Positions 27,268-36,958 of a stretch of 64,000 nt of DNA are shown here, piece by piece. The stretch is taken from assembly GCA_934565615.1 (NCBI GenBank), contig CAKTIH010000001.1, positions 834 to 64,833 on the forward strand, given 5' to 3'. Under the pieces are notes generated by a model. That model searched no databases, was not told the origin of the DNA, and saw only the letters and a list, made by a program, of their open reading frames with translations. The position numbers and the translations under genes were made by a program. The stretch's first letter is position 1; each line of letters begins with the position of its first letter. The DNA comes from an uncultured Oscillospiraceae bacterium. Its GTDB lineage: Bacteria; Bacillota; Clostridia; Oscillospirales; Oscillospiraceae.

Positions 27268-27296
27268 ATTATAGGGTGGCATAAACAAAAAAGCAA
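27268..27296 (-). promoter_or_regulatory. sigmaA-type promoter of the dcw operon (P-mraZ)
   Basis: Minus strand TTGCTT (27291-27296), 17-nt spacer, TATAAT (27268-27273). Confidence 0.65.
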
Positions 27297-27341
27297 GTGA
27301 AACTTTTTGTAAGTTTTTGACATTTTCCTTATCAAAATCGG

Positions 27342-27382
27342 CAAAAAAAGTGCCCACCCAAAGTCTTGTGTTTTGGGTGGGC
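27342..27382 (-). terminator. Rho-independent terminator upstream of P-mraZ
   Basis: GCCCACCCAAA / TTTGGGTGGGC stem. On the minus strand it is followed by ACTTTTTTTG. Confidence 0.85.
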
Positions 27383-27415
27383 TGACTGTTATGTATATTG
27401 TGTCGGCAGTGGAAA

Positions 27416-27955
27416 TTATTCCTCCTCGCCGCGCTGGATAGTTTCGACTCCGGTGAGCTTCACGGCGTTCTCCTTCGGCTCCTGCGGCTGGCCGCCGCCC
27501 AGAGAGCGGAAGGAATTATGCGCGTTCTGTATCGTTGCGAGCGCGGCGTTCATGCTCTCTTCGGTCTGGCGCATAATGTTGTCCACATACTCGCTCGCGA
27601 CACGGCGCAGCTGGCTCGACTTCGCCTCGGCGGCAGAGATCATCTCCGCGCTCTTGGCTCTCGCCGTGCGTATGACCTCCTGCTCCTCTATCATGGCGCG
27701 CGCCTGCTCCTCGGCGCTCTTGCGCAGCGCCTCAGCCTCGCGCTTGGCGTTGCCGATAAACTCATCCCTTGCCGAGACGAGCCTCTGCGCCTCGGCGATG
27801 GAGGACGGGAGATTCGCCTTTATTTCGCTTATAATGTCTATGGCTTTCTCGCGCTCGATGATGCACTTGTCGTTGCCGAGGGGAACGCCCCAGGCTTCCG
27901 TCACCATGCCGTACAGGATATCAAGCAGCTCTATAACGTCGTTATTGTTGGCCAT
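27416..27955 (-). CDS. coiled-coil protein, ATPase subunit H/b-like (function unknown)
   Basis: 179 aa, Ala/Glu/Arg-rich heptad-like sequence (EAEALRKSAEEQARAMIEEQE). No enzymatic motif. Conserved-looking position after coaD. Confidence 0.5.
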   Translation of the reverse strand: MANNNDVIELLDILYGMVTEAWGVPLGNDKCIIEREKAIDIISEIKANLPSSIAEAQRLVSARDEFIGNAKREAEALRKSAEEQARAMIEEQEVIRTARAKSAEMISAAEAKSSQLRRVASEYVDNIMRQTEESMNAALATIQNAHNSFRSLGGGQPQEPKENAVKLTGVETIQRGEEE

Positions 27956-27962
27956 GCGAGGA

Positions 27963-28454
27963 CTACCTCCATTGTTTGGCTTTTTCTTCTATATCGGGGA
28001 TGATCGCGTCCGGCACGAGTCCCTTGAGCTCCGCGCCGTACTGGGCTACCTCCCGCACTATTGAGGAGCTGAGGAAGGTGTACCGCTCGCTCGCCGTGAG
28101 GAACATCGTCTCGACCGAGGGGTTCAGGCGCTTGTTTATCATGTTCATCTGAAACTCATAGTCAAAGTCCGATGCAGCGCGCAGGCCCTTTACGATCACG
28201 GGCTTATCATAGCGGCGTACATACTCCGTGAGCAATCCGTCAAAGCTGTCCACACGCACGTTCTTGTACCCTTCGACGGCGCGGCGCGCCATGCTGAGCT
28301 TCTCTTCAAGCGTGAACATGGGCGATTTCTTCGCCGCGTTGTGCATCACGCAGACGACAACCTCGTCGAATATCTCCGCCGCGCGGCGGATTATATCAAC
28401 ATGGCCGAGAGTGATCGGGTCAAAGCTGCCCGGGCAGATCGCAGTAGTCATCAA
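27963..28454 (-). CDS. coaD: phosphopantetheine adenylyltransferase CoaD
   Basis: 163 aa. AICPGSFDPITLGHVDII (T/HxGH nucleotidyltransferase motif). Confidence 0.95.
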   Translation of the reverse strand: MMTTAICPGSFDPITLGHVDIIRRAAEIFDEVVVCVMHNAAKKSPMFTLEEKLSMARRAVEGYKNVRVDSFDGLLTEYVRRYDKPVIVKGLRAASDFDYEFQMNMINKRLNPSVETMFLTASERYTFLSSSIVREVAQYGAELKGLVPDAIIPDIEEKAKQWR

Positions 28455-28990
28455 AGGCTGTCCTTTATATACACGGTAAGCTTTACCCTGCCGTAGTTAT
28501 ACTCTTTCTTTTTTCTGTAAGGAGCGCGCATATCCGGAAGCACTTTCTCCCGGCGCGACTCGCATAATATTATACCACCATCCGACAATATGTCAACCGA
28601 ATTGATGGTTTCCAGCACGGATTCGTACAGTCCCGAGTCATACGGCGGGTCGACGAAAACGAGGTCGAACTTCCCGCAGTGCCGCAGATAGCTCAGCGCG
28701 TCCTGCTGCAGTACCGCCGCCGTGAAGCCGCAGGTCTTGAGGTTCTCCTTGACGATCTTCACCGCCGCCGTGTTCTCGTCTATAAACACGGCCTCCGCCG
28801 CGCCCCGGCTGAGACACTCTATGCCGAGCTGACCGGTCCCCGCAAAGAGATCGAGCACACGCCGTCCCTCTATGTCGAACTGGATGATGTTGAAAACCGA
28901 TTCCTTCACGTTGTCGGTCGTCGGGCGAATGTCATAATTTTCCGGCGTCTTGAGCTTGTGCCCGCGCGCCGTGCCTGTTATCACTCTCAT
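28451..28990 (-). CDS. rsmD: 16S rRNA (guanine966-N2)-methyltransferase RsmD
   Basis: 179 aa. MRVITGTARGHKL, DLFAGTGQLGIE and the DPPY motif. Confidence 0.93.
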   Translation of the reverse strand: MRVITGTARGHKLKTPENYDIRPTTDNVKESVFNIIQFDIEGRRVLDLFAGTGQLGIECLSRGAAEAVFIDENTAAVKIVKENLKTCGFTAAVLQQDALSYLRHCGKFDLVFVDPPYDSGLYESVLETINSVDILSDGGIILCESRREKVLPDMRAPYRKKKEYNYGRVKLTVYIKDSL

Positions 28991-30813
28991 TGTTCCTTCT
29001 CCTCGCTCTCTTCGCTGCGGAAGTATGCGTATATCGCCGCGGCGGTGTTCCGCGGCACGACGAGCGCCAGCTGTTCAACGCTCGCCTCACGTATCGCCTT
29101 GACGGACTTGAAGTATTTCAGCAGATCAGCTCTCCGCTTCTCGCCGACGCCGGGTATCGCGTCAAGCTTTGAGGCGTAGCTCTCGTTTCTCAGCAAGCGC
29201 TGGTACTCTATCGCGAAGCGGTGCGTCTCCTCCTGTATCGAGCCGACGAGCGCGAACACAGCCTGATTGGTCTTTATTCCCGTCTCATGCCCGGCTGAGT
29301 CTATCAGCGCCCTTGTGCGGTGGCGGTCGTCCTTTACCATGCCGAATACCGGTACGGATATCCCAAGGTCGCGCAGCGCACGCTCCGCCGTCGCGGCGTG
29401 CTTGTCGCCGCCGTCGATGAGCAGCAGATCCGGCAGGGTCGAGAACTTCTCGTCGCCCTCCTTGTAGTGGCTGAAGCGTCTGTATACCGCCTGGTACATG
29501 CTCGCGTAATCGTCCGGTGCGTCAAGCCCGCGTATGCGGAATTTCCTGTAATCACGTTTAAGCGGCTTGCCGTTTATATGCACCGTCATTGCCGCGACTA
29601 TGCCCGTCGAGCCGAGGTTAGATATATCGAAGGCCTCTATGCGCTTCGGGAAGTTGCGCAGCTCCAGCGCCTTCTGGAGCCATTCCAGCGTCTTTGACCT
29701 GCGCTGCTCAGCGGTCGTGCGCCGCTGTATCTCCTCGCGCGCGTTGAGCGCCGCGCTCTCGATGAGCCGCATGCGCTCCCCGCGCTGCGGCGTGTCTATA
29801 TACATCCTGCGCCCGGAGACCTCGCTCAAGAGGCGCTCAAGCTCCTCCCGGTCGTCTATTGCGCAGGGCAGCAGCACCGACTTCGGCCATCCGCCGCGGT
29901 GCGCCGTATAATACTGCCGCACAAGGTCGGACACGGCCTCGCCGTCGTCCTCAATCGGCTCGTCCATCATCTCGACGTCCTTGCCCACAAGGCTGCCGTC
30001 GACGAAATGCAGCACTGCAAAGCAGGTCTTGGCTCCCCGGCAGAAGCCTATCGCGTCGGTGTCGGCAAAGGCCGTGGCAATGACGCGCTGTTTGTTCGTC
30101 AGCCCCTCTATCGCGCGCAGCCTGTCGCGCAGCTCGGCGGCGCGCTCGAACCGCAGCTCCTCCGCCGCCTGCTCCATCTGGCTCCGCAGTTCATCTGTGA
30201 GCTCCTTGCTCTTGCCGTCAAGTATCATCGCCGCCTGCGTTATGCGCCGGCGGTAGTCCTCCGCGCTGCTGTCTTTCAGGCACCAGCCCGCGCAGCTGCC
30301 CATGTGGTAGTTGAGGCAGGGGCGCTCCTTGCCGATATCCCGCGGGAATTTCCGCGAGCAGTCCGGCAGCAGCAGCGCCTTTGATATCGTGCTTATAATG
30401 TCATAGGTCTGTCCGCGCCCGCCGAAGGGACCGAAGTATTTTGCCCCGTCCTTCCCTGCGCGGTTCGTCAGCGTCATCTTCGGGTACTCCTCATGCAGGT
30501 CGAGCCTGATAAAGGGGTAGCCCTTGTCGTCCTTGAGCAGGATGTTATAGTGCGGTTTGTGCTGCTTTATGAGCGAGTTTTCCAGCACCAGCGCCTCGAA
30601 CTCACTGCCCGCGACAATGACGTTGAAGTCATGCACCTTTTCCACCATAGCCTCGACCTTCGGCAGATGCTCCCCGTGGAAATAGCTGCTTACGCGGTTC
30701 TTCAGCTTCTTCGCCTTGCCGACGTATATGACCTCTCCGTGCTCATCGAGCATGATGTACACGCCCGGCAGCAGCGGCAGATTATTTGCTTTTTCACGCA
30801 GCGAATCGAGCAT
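28987..30813 (-). CDS. uvrC: excinuclease ABC subunit C UvrC
   Basis: 608 aa. GIY-YIG N-terminus (PGVYIMLDEHGEVIYVGKAKKLKNRV), UVR domain and C-terminal (HhH)2. Confidence 0.95.
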   Translation of the reverse strand: MLDSLREKANNLPLLPGVYIMLDEHGEVIYVGKAKKLKNRVSSYFHGEHLPKVEAMVEKVHDFNVIVAGSEFEALVLENSLIKQHKPHYNILLKDDKGYPFIRLDLHEEYPKMTLTNRAGKDGAKYFGPFGGRGQTYDIISTISKALLLPDCSRKFPRDIGKERPCLNYHMGSCAGWCLKDSSAEDYRRRITQAAMILDGKSKELTDELRSQMEQAAEELRFERAAELRDRLRAIEGLTNKQRVIATAFADTDAIGFCRGAKTCFAVLHFVDGSLVGKDVEMMDEPIEDDGEAVSDLVRQYYTAHRGGWPKSVLLPCAIDDREELERLLSEVSGRRMYIDTPQRGERMRLIESAALNAREEIQRRTTAEQRRSKTLEWLQKALELRNFPKRIEAFDISNLGSTGIVAAMTVHINGKPLKRDYRKFRIRGLDAPDDYASMYQAVYRRFSHYKEGDEKFSTLPDLLLIDGGDKHAATAERALRDLGISVPVFGMVKDDRHRTRALIDSAGHETGIKTNQAVFALVGSIQEETHRFAIEYQRLLRNESYASKLDAIPGVGEKRRADLLKYFKSVKAIREASVEQLALVVPRNTAAAIYAYFRSEESEEKEQ

Positions 30814-30832
30814 GACTTCCCTCCGGCCTGTG

Positions 30833-31690
30833 TCAGGCCTTTGCTTCCTCTGGGGCTTTCTCCTGTCCCTTGATGCACCACACCGTTATCGTCACGATAA
30901 CGACCACGCCGCCGATGATCGCGAACATGCCCGGCTTCTCACCGTAGAATATCAGCACCCAGACGGGGTTCAGCAGCGGCTCCACCGCGCCGAGCAGGCT
31001 GCATGCAAGCGGCGGGCAGTATTTTGTGGACTTCACATAGAGTATATACGCAATGCCGAGCTGGAACACGCCGAGTATGATTATGCCCGCGGTCGCCGTA
31101 AGAGTAAACTCAGGTTTCGTTATTATTATAGACGGCAGCCCTATCAGGAATGTGAGGAACTGGCCGATCATTATCGCCGAAAAGCGCATCTCGCCCTCAA
31201 GGTCGCCGACCGCCATGAACATCCCCGCCATGAACATCCCCGCCGCGATAGCGACGAAGTTTCCGAGTATGTATCCTGGCTGGAGCTGGTCAAAGAAAAA
31301 CAGCGCTATCCCGAAAAGCGTGAAGATGACCACCAGCAGGTCGGCCTTGCGGATCTTCGTTTTATATATAAGCGCCGTGAATATAACTATAAACACCGGC
31401 GAGGTGAATTGCAGCACAATTGCATTTGCCGCCGTGGTGAGCTTGTTTGCGCAGGTAAAGCAGGTGTACACGCCCGCAGCGAAAAGCCCCGCGATAAAGG
31501 TCTGCTTTGTGAAGATGAACTTCATCCCCTTTATACGCATATACACCACGAAGGTCAGCCCCGATATAAGGCTGCGCATACCCGAAACGGCAAAGCCGTT
31601 CCACGGTATGAACTTCATTATTATTCCCGCAATGCTCCATAGTGCCGCCGCCGCGAGCATTTCAAGCATGGCCTTGGTTTCCTTTTTCAT
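30833..31690 (-). CDS. EamA/DMT-family transporter
   Basis: Start re-set to ATG 31690, after a GGAGGA RBS. 10 TM segments and duplicated EamA halves. Confidence 0.8.
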   Translation of the reverse strand: MKKETKAMLEMLAAAALWSIAGIIMKFIPWNGFAVSGMRSLISGLTFVVYMRIKGMKFIFTKQTFIAGLFAAGVYTCFTCANKLTTAANAIVLQFTSPVFIVIFTALIYKTKIRKADLLVVIFTLFGIALFFFDQLQPGYILGNFVAIAAGMFMAGMFMAVGDLEGEMRFSAIMIGQFLTFLIGLPSIIITKPEFTLTATAGIIILGVFQLGIAYILYVKSTKYCPPLACSLLGAVEPLLNPVWVLIFYGEKPGMFAIIGGVVVIVTITVWCIKGQEKAPEEAKA

Positions 31691-31725
31691 CGTGTCCTCC
31701 AGATACGGCAAACGCCGGTACAACT

Positions 31726-31760
31726 CAAAAAGAGGCGTGTGTAACAAGTACACACGCCTC
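31726..31760 (-). terminator. Rho-independent terminator of ptsH
   Basis: GAGGCGTGTG / CACACGCCTC stem. On the minus strand it is followed by TTTTTG. Confidence 0.8.
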
Positions 31761-31777
31761 CGCCTTTTTATCTCTGA

Positions 31778-32041
31778 TTACTCTGAAAAGTCAGAATCGA
31801 TCAGCTCCGACAGGGTGGCGATAGCCGCTTCCTCGTCAGCGCCGTCGGCAATGATGGTTATCGCAGTGCCCTTGACGATCCCGAGAGAGAGAACGCCGAG
31901 AAGGCTCTTCGCATTGACACGTCTGTCCTCTTTTTCGACCCAAATGCTGCTCTTGAATTCATTGGCTTTCTGAATGAAGAAAGTCGCGGGTCTGGCATGA
32001 AGACCTACCTGATTGTTAATGACTACTTCTTTGGTTATCAT
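31778..32041 (-). CDS. ptsH: phosphocarrier protein HPr
   Basis: Start re-set to ATG 32041, 8 nt after AAGGAG. GLHARPA active-site His15 motif and the Ser46 region NAKSLLGVLSLG. Confidence 0.95.
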   Translation of the reverse strand: MITKEVVINNQVGLHARPATFFIQKANEFKSSIWVEKEDRRVNAKSLLGVLSLGIVKGTAITIIADGADEEAAIATLSELIDSDFSE

Positions 32042-32079
32042 ACTTGCCACTCCTTATACTAATACAAGACTGTGCTGAC

Positions 32080-32108
32080 AGTTTATCAAATTTTAAGCCA
32101 ATCGTCAA
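32080..32108 (-). promoter_or_regulatory. sigmaA-type promoter of ptsH
   Basis: Minus strand TTGACG (32103-32108), 17-nt spacer, TAAACT (32080-32085). Confidence 0.55.
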
Positions 32109-32164
32109 CAGCTTTCGTCCGTTTCGTTGTTTTTCACATTTCTTAACAAATGCGTCGACGGATT

Positions 32165-34540
32165 TTATTTCAGTTCGACAACAGTCACGCCCGCTTCGCC
32201 CTCGCCGAATCTCCCCAACCGGAAGGATTTGACGCTTTTGTTCTTCTTGAGCATCTGCTGCACGGCGGCGCGGAGTGCGCCCGTTCCCTTGCCGTGGATG
32301 ATGGTGACGGTCTTGAGCTTACCCATGACGGCGCTGTCGATGTACCTTTCCGCCGCGAGCACGCCCTCTATCGTCTCCATGCCGCGCAGGTCTATCTCGC
32401 TCGCGACGCTGACGTTCCTGAGCTGCGAGCTGCTCCTTGCGGCGCTGCTCTTTGCCTCCGGTGCTTTTTCTCCTTCGAGCAGCAGCACCTCGTCCTCCTT
32501 CGCGCTCACGTTCATTATTCCCGCGCGCAGGCTCAATACACCGTCGGGCGATTTGGAAATGACTGTCGCCTTGACGCCCATTGATTTTATCTTTACCACG
32601 TCCCCGACTTTCACCGGGCGGGCCGACACCTTGTCCGCTTCATCGTCCGTAAGCTCCTTCTGCAGGGCCTGTTCGGAGAGGTTGAGCTGGCGGCGAAGCT
32701 GGGCGCGCGCTTCGTTCACGCGCTGTGCGTCCTGATCCTTGTCCGCCGCTTTGCGCATTTCGTCAAGCTCCGCGAACACCTGTTCGGCAGTTGCGCGCGC
32801 GTCGGCAATGATACACTCCGCTTCGCGGCGGGATTTGAGGTCAGCCTTGTCAAGCCGTACCTCGAGCTCCGCCTTGAGGAACGCCGCCTTCTTCGCGTTC
32901 TCCTGCGCCTCGCGCAGCTTCAGCGCCGCTTCGTTCCTGTCCTTTTCCAGCAGCAGCCGCGTCTGCTCGAGCTTTTCTATCGTCGCTTCAAAGCTCGCGC
33001 TCTCGGTGCTGACGCGGTTCTTCGCGTCCTCGATGATCTCATCGCTCAGACCGAGACGCTTTGATATTGCAAAGGCGTTCGACTTTCCCGGTATGCCGAC
33101 CAGCAGATGATAGGTCGGGCGCAGGGAGTCGACGTCAAATTCGCAGGAGGCGTTCTGCACCCCGGCCTCATTCGTCGCGTATACCTTGAGTTCAGCGTAG
33201 TGCGTCGTCGCCGCGACGATCGCGCCGCATTTTCTCACGTGCTCAATGACCGCAATGGCCAGCGCCGCGCCCTCCGCCGGGTCGGTGCCCGCGCCGAGTT
33301 CGTCGAAAAGTATCAGCGATCTGTTGTCGCATTCAGATATTATGTTAACTATGTTGCTCATATGTGCCGAGAAGGTCGACAGGCTCTGCTCAATGCTCTG
33401 CTCGTCGCCTATGTCGGCCAGTATGTGCGCAAACACGGGCAGCCGGCTGCCGTCGTCCGCCGGGATGTGCAGGCCGCACTGGTTCATTGCCGCAAGCAGA
33501 CCTATCGTCTTTATGGAGACGGTCTTGCCGCCGGTGTTCGGCCCCGTGATGACGAGCGTATCAAAGCTGTCGCCCAGCTCCACGTCTATTGGCACAGCCT
33601 TGCTCTGGTCGAGCAGCGGGTGCCGTGCATGGCGCAGGACTATCGCCCGCTCGTCCATCGCCGCCTGCTGGCAGTTGAGCTTATAGGATAGCTTTGCCTT
33701 GGCAAATATCAGGTCGAGTCTGACGAGCACGTCATAGTCCGAGCTTATATCGTCCCGGTGCTCTGCGCAGTCCGCGGAGAGCTCTGCAAGGATGCGGTCT
33801 ATCTCCGCCTTCTCCTTCGCTGCAAGCTCGCGCAGCTCGTTATTCGCCTTGACCGCGCCCATAGGCTCGATGAAAAGCGTCGCTCCGGAGGAGGAAATGT
33901 CATGCACCAGCCCCGGCACGGAGCCTTTGAACTCCGCCTTCACCGGCACGACATAACGGTCGGAGCGCATCGTGATTATCGGCTCCTGCAAAGCCTTGGC
34001 ATAGCTCGGGGAGGAAATTATCTTCTGCAGAGCTTCCCGCGCTCTTGACGCCGCAGCGCGCATCTGCCGCCGTATCGTCGCAAGCTCGGGAGACGCCGCG
34101 TCTGCTATCTCATCCTCACCGACTATCGAACCGGTTATCTTTTCCTCAAGGAATTTGTTCGTGCGCAGCGCGTAGAACAGATGGTCTATCGGCGTTTTGC
34201 CGACGCTGTCATCCGCGATATAGCCGCGCACAAGCCGGGCACATTGCAGCACTCCCGCTATATCGAGCAGCTCCCGCGTGTTGAGCGCGCCGCCGAGGTC
34301 CGCTCTCGCAAGCGAAGCGCGCACGTCCTTAACCCCGTAGAATGACGGGCTGCCGCGCACGACCATCATGGTTTTTGCCGCCGTCGTCTCCTCTATCCTG
34401 TGCCGCACCTCGGCCTCATCCGTGGACGGTGCGAGCGCAAGCGCGCGCTCCTTTGCCGTATCGCCCACGGCCTCGGCGGCAAGCATAGTCAAGACTGCCG
34501 GCAGCTCAAGCGTTGTAAGTGATTTTTCAAAAAAGCTCAT
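32165..34540 (-). CDS. mutS2: endonuclease MutS2 (MutS domain V ATPase plus C-terminal Smr domain)
   Basis: 791 aa. Walker A GPNTGGKT. C-terminal Smr IDLRGM...IIHGKGTGALR. Confidence 0.93.
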   Translation of the reverse strand: MSFFEKSLTTLELPAVLTMLAAEAVGDTAKERALALAPSTDEAEVRHRIEETTAAKTMMVVRGSPSFYGVKDVRASLARADLGGALNTRELLDIAGVLQCARLVRGYIADDSVGKTPIDHLFYALRTNKFLEEKITGSIVGEDEIADAASPELATIRRQMRAAASRAREALQKIISSPSYAKALQEPIITMRSDRYVVPVKAEFKGSVPGLVHDISSSGATLFIEPMGAVKANNELRELAAKEKAEIDRILAELSADCAEHRDDISSDYDVLVRLDLIFAKAKLSYKLNCQQAAMDERAIVLRHARHPLLDQSKAVPIDVELGDSFDTLVITGPNTGGKTVSIKTIGLLAAMNQCGLHIPADDGSRLPVFAHILADIGDEQSIEQSLSTFSAHMSNIVNIISECDNRSLILFDELGAGTDPAEGAALAIAVIEHVRKCGAIVAATTHYAELKVYATNEAGVQNASCEFDVDSLRPTYHLLVGIPGKSNAFAISKRLGLSDEIIEDAKNRVSTESASFEATIEKLEQTRLLLEKDRNEAALKLREAQENAKKAAFLKAELEVRLDKADLKSRREAECIIADARATAEQVFAELDEMRKAADKDQDAQRVNEARAQLRRQLNLSEQALQKELTDDEADKVSARPVKVGDVVKIKSMGVKATVISKSPDGVLSLRAGIMNVSAKEDEVLLLEGEKAPEAKSSAARSSSQLRNVSVASEIDLRGMETIEGVLAAERYIDSAVMGKLKTVTIIHGKGTGALRAAVQQMLKKNKSVKSFRLGRFGEGEAGVTVVELK

Positions 34541-34564
34541 ATCTTGTCCTATATAATTATTCCG

Positions 34565-35308
34565 TTAAATTTTCACATTCTTCCAGTAATCGAGCGTCGG
34601 GAAGCGGCGCTCGGTGTGCAGCAGCAGATACTCCTCCGCCGCGGCAGACAGGCGCTTTGCCCCCTCCCCCTCAAGTGAAAAGGACAGTATCTGCTTTGGA
34701 GACACCGAGCAGATATGCCGCATCGCGTTTAGAGACGCCGCGTCGAGCTTCACCGTCTGCCCTGCACCGGCAGCGCAGCGGCGGCAGCACACGCAGCCGC
34801 GCTCGAGCATAAGCAGCGGGTCACCCGGCTCTTCCTCGCCGCACACCTCGCAGCGCGAAAGCTCCGGAGTATAGCCCGCAAGGCACATCAGGCGCAGCTC
34901 GAAAGCGGCCTTGATATGCTCCGGAGTATACATCCCGCGGCTTAACGCATAGAGGCAGTTGAGCGCAAGCTGCATGAGCGGCGCATCCGGCTGATCCTCA
35001 ACGCTCAATGCGTCGGCGCACTCGGCAAAATAGCAGCCCAGCGCAAAGCTCCCGATATCCGCGCGCAGACCGTCAAAGCCCTCTTTCACAGTGGCTTCGT
35101 TCACCGTCCAGCGGCCTAAATTACCGAAAAGCGTCATTTCCGAATAGGTCAGCTGCTGGGTCGCCGCGGCGGTCTTGCTGCTTTTTCTCAAAGCTCCGCG
35201 CGCCTTGGCGGTTATCTTCCCGTCGGTATCCGTAAGCAGGGTGAGTATCCGGTCGGCTTCCTTATACCTCACTCCCCTCAGCACGAGGGCGTTCACCGTT
35301 TTGAACAT
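34565..35308 (-). CDS. recO: DNA repair protein RecO
   Basis: 247 aa. N-terminal OB fold (NALVLRGVRYKEADRILTLLT) and a zinc-binding CxxC...CxxC. Position after era-yqzL. Confidence 0.88.
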   Translation of the reverse strand: MFKTVNALVLRGVRYKEADRILTLLTDTDGKITAKARGALRKSSKTAAATQQLTYSEMTLFGNLGRWTVNEATVKEGFDGLRADIGSFALGCYFAECADALSVEDQPDAPLMQLALNCLYALSRGMYTPEHIKAAFELRLMCLAGYTPELSRCEVCGEEEPGDPLLMLERGCVCCRRCAAGAGQTVKLDAASLNAMRHICSVSPKQILSFSLEGEGAKRLSAAAEEYLLLHTERRFPTLDYWKNVKI

Positions 35309-35321
35309 CTATGTACACCAA

Positions 35322-35483
35322 TCATCCGAGAGTCTGGGTCTGCTGACCCGTATCCTTGTTTTCCCGCTTCGTTCCGTCCCGCTTTTTATCCGCCGCGGTG
35401 TCCATGCAGACGGTCTTATACAACAGATAATACAGCGGGTCGCCCGATTCAGCGAATGCCTTCCATATAGGGTCAGCGCTCAT
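35322..35483 (-). CDS. yqzL: YqzL-family small protein (53 aa; below the ORF-track size cut-off)
   Basis: My own translation: MSADPIWKAFAESGDPLYYLLYKTVCMDTAADKKRDGTKRENKDTGQQTQTLG. GAGGTGA RBS. Occupies the era-recO gap, as yqzL does in Bacillus. Confidence 0.7.
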   Translation of the reverse strand: MSADPIWKAFAESGDPLYYLLYKTVCMDTAADKKRDGTKRENKDTGQQTQTLG

Positions 35484-35540
35484 TCAAATCACCTCTGCGT
35501 TTATTATCTGCAAAGGCGCATGGAATACGTATGGGAAAAA

Positions 35541-36431
35541 TTAGTTATCCTGCGTGAAGCCGAAGTTGCGCAGGGACGCCATTGAATCACGCCAGTTCTC
35601 CTTGACCTTGACCCAGGTCTGGAGGTAGACCTTTGTGCCCATGAAGTCCTCGATATCCTCGCGGGCAAGCTCGCCTATCTTCTTGAGCATCGCGCCCTTT
35701 TTGCCGATGATAATGCCCTTATGGCTGTCCTTTTCGCAGTATATCGTCACTTCAAGATCGATTATGCCGTTCTCGCGTTCGGAGAACTTTGTGACCTCTA
35801 CAGCCGTGCCGTGCGGTATCTCCTTATCAAGGCACTTGAGCAGCTTTTCGCGCACGAGCTCCGCGCATATCTGGCGCTCCGGCTGGTCGGTTATCATATC
35901 GTCCGGGAAAAGATGAGGCCCCTCGACGGCGTATTTGTCAAGCTCGGCGAGAAGCTCATCCAGTCCCTCGCCTGTCCTTGCGGAGATGGGGATGATGCTG
36001 TCAAAGTCATATGCCGCGCTATAGACTGCCATGACCTCAAGGAGCTTGGACTTGTCCACGGTGTCTATCTTGTTTATTACGAGCACCGCCGGTGCGCCGG
36101 TCTGGCGCAGACGCTCGATAAGCGCCTGCTCCTGCGGGCCGATCGACCCGATGGGCTCGACCAGAAGGAGCACGCAGTCAACATCCGCGACGCTCTCACG
36201 GACGACGTTCACCATATAGTCGCCAAGCCTTGTGCGCGGCTTGTGAAAGCCCGGAGTGTCCATGAGCACAAACTGAGTCTCGCCGCGCTCGACAATGGCG
36301 GTGATCCTGTTTCGGGTAGTCTGCGGCTTATTGGAAACGATGGCGATCTTTTCGCCGACAAGAGAATTGGTAAGGGTGGATTTGCCGACGTTCGGCCTGC
36401 CGCATATGGTTATCATCGCTGATTTAGTCAT
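35541..36431 (-). CDS. era: GTPase Era
   Basis: 296 aa. G1 GRPNVGKST, G3 DTPG, G4 NKID and a C-terminal KH domain. Confidence 0.95.
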   Translation of the reverse strand: MTKSAMITICGRPNVGKSTLTNSLVGEKIAIVSNKPQTTRNRITAIVERGETQFVLMDTPGFHKPRTRLGDYMVNVVRESVADVDCVLLLVEPIGSIGPQEQALIERLRQTGAPAVLVINKIDTVDKSKLLEVMAVYSAAYDFDSIIPISARTGEGLDELLAELDKYAVEGPHLFPDDMITDQPERQICAELVREKLLKCLDKEIPHGTAVEVTKFSERENGIIDLEVTIYCEKDSHKGIIIGKKGAMLKKIGELAREDIEDFMGTKVYLQTWVKVKENWRDSMASLRNFGFTQDN

Positions 36432-36460
36432 GTATTTTTTCTCCCGTATTTCCGTATTTT

Positions 36461-36958
36461 TTAATCCATATCGTCGCCCATGATGAATTTTTCGCGGGCT
36501 CTCATCTGTTTTTTCATCTCGCCCTCGTCCACATGGTCATAGCCCAGCAGGTGGAGGATCGAGTGTACCGTGAGGTACATGAGCTCCCTTTTATATCCGT
36601 GGCCAAATTCCTCTCCCTGCGCCTCGCAGCGGGGTACGGAGATCATCATATCGCCGAGGAGAACATGTCCCGTCTCCGGGTCGCGCTCGCACATTTGGGC
36701 GTCAAAACGCCCCGGTTTAAGCTCATTCTGCGGAAAACTGAGAACATCCGTGGCACGGTCAACATCGCGGAACTCCTTGTTCACGGCGTGTATCCCGTCG
36801 TCATCAGTTAACATAACACTGACGATGCAGGGCACGTCCACGCCCTCTGCATCGAGCGCCATATTCACCGCTTTTTTGATGTAGCCGGCTGACTCATTAT
36901 GGCCAAGATTTGCCGCCTCGCGGCTCACATAAATTTCATGCTGCATGTTCCGGCTCAA
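36461..36958 (-). CDS. ybeY: rRNA maturation endoribonuclease YbeY
   Basis: 165 aa. Zinc motif HSILHLLGYDH. Confidence 0.93.
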   Translation of the reverse strand: MSRNMQHEIYVSREAANLGHNESAGYIKKAVNMALDAEGVDVPCIVSVMLTDDDGIHAVNKEFRDVDRATDVLSFPQNELKPGRFDAQMCERDPETGHVLLGDMMISVPRCEAQGEEFGHGYKRELMYLTVHSILHLLGYDHVDEGEMKKQMRAREKFIMGDDMD

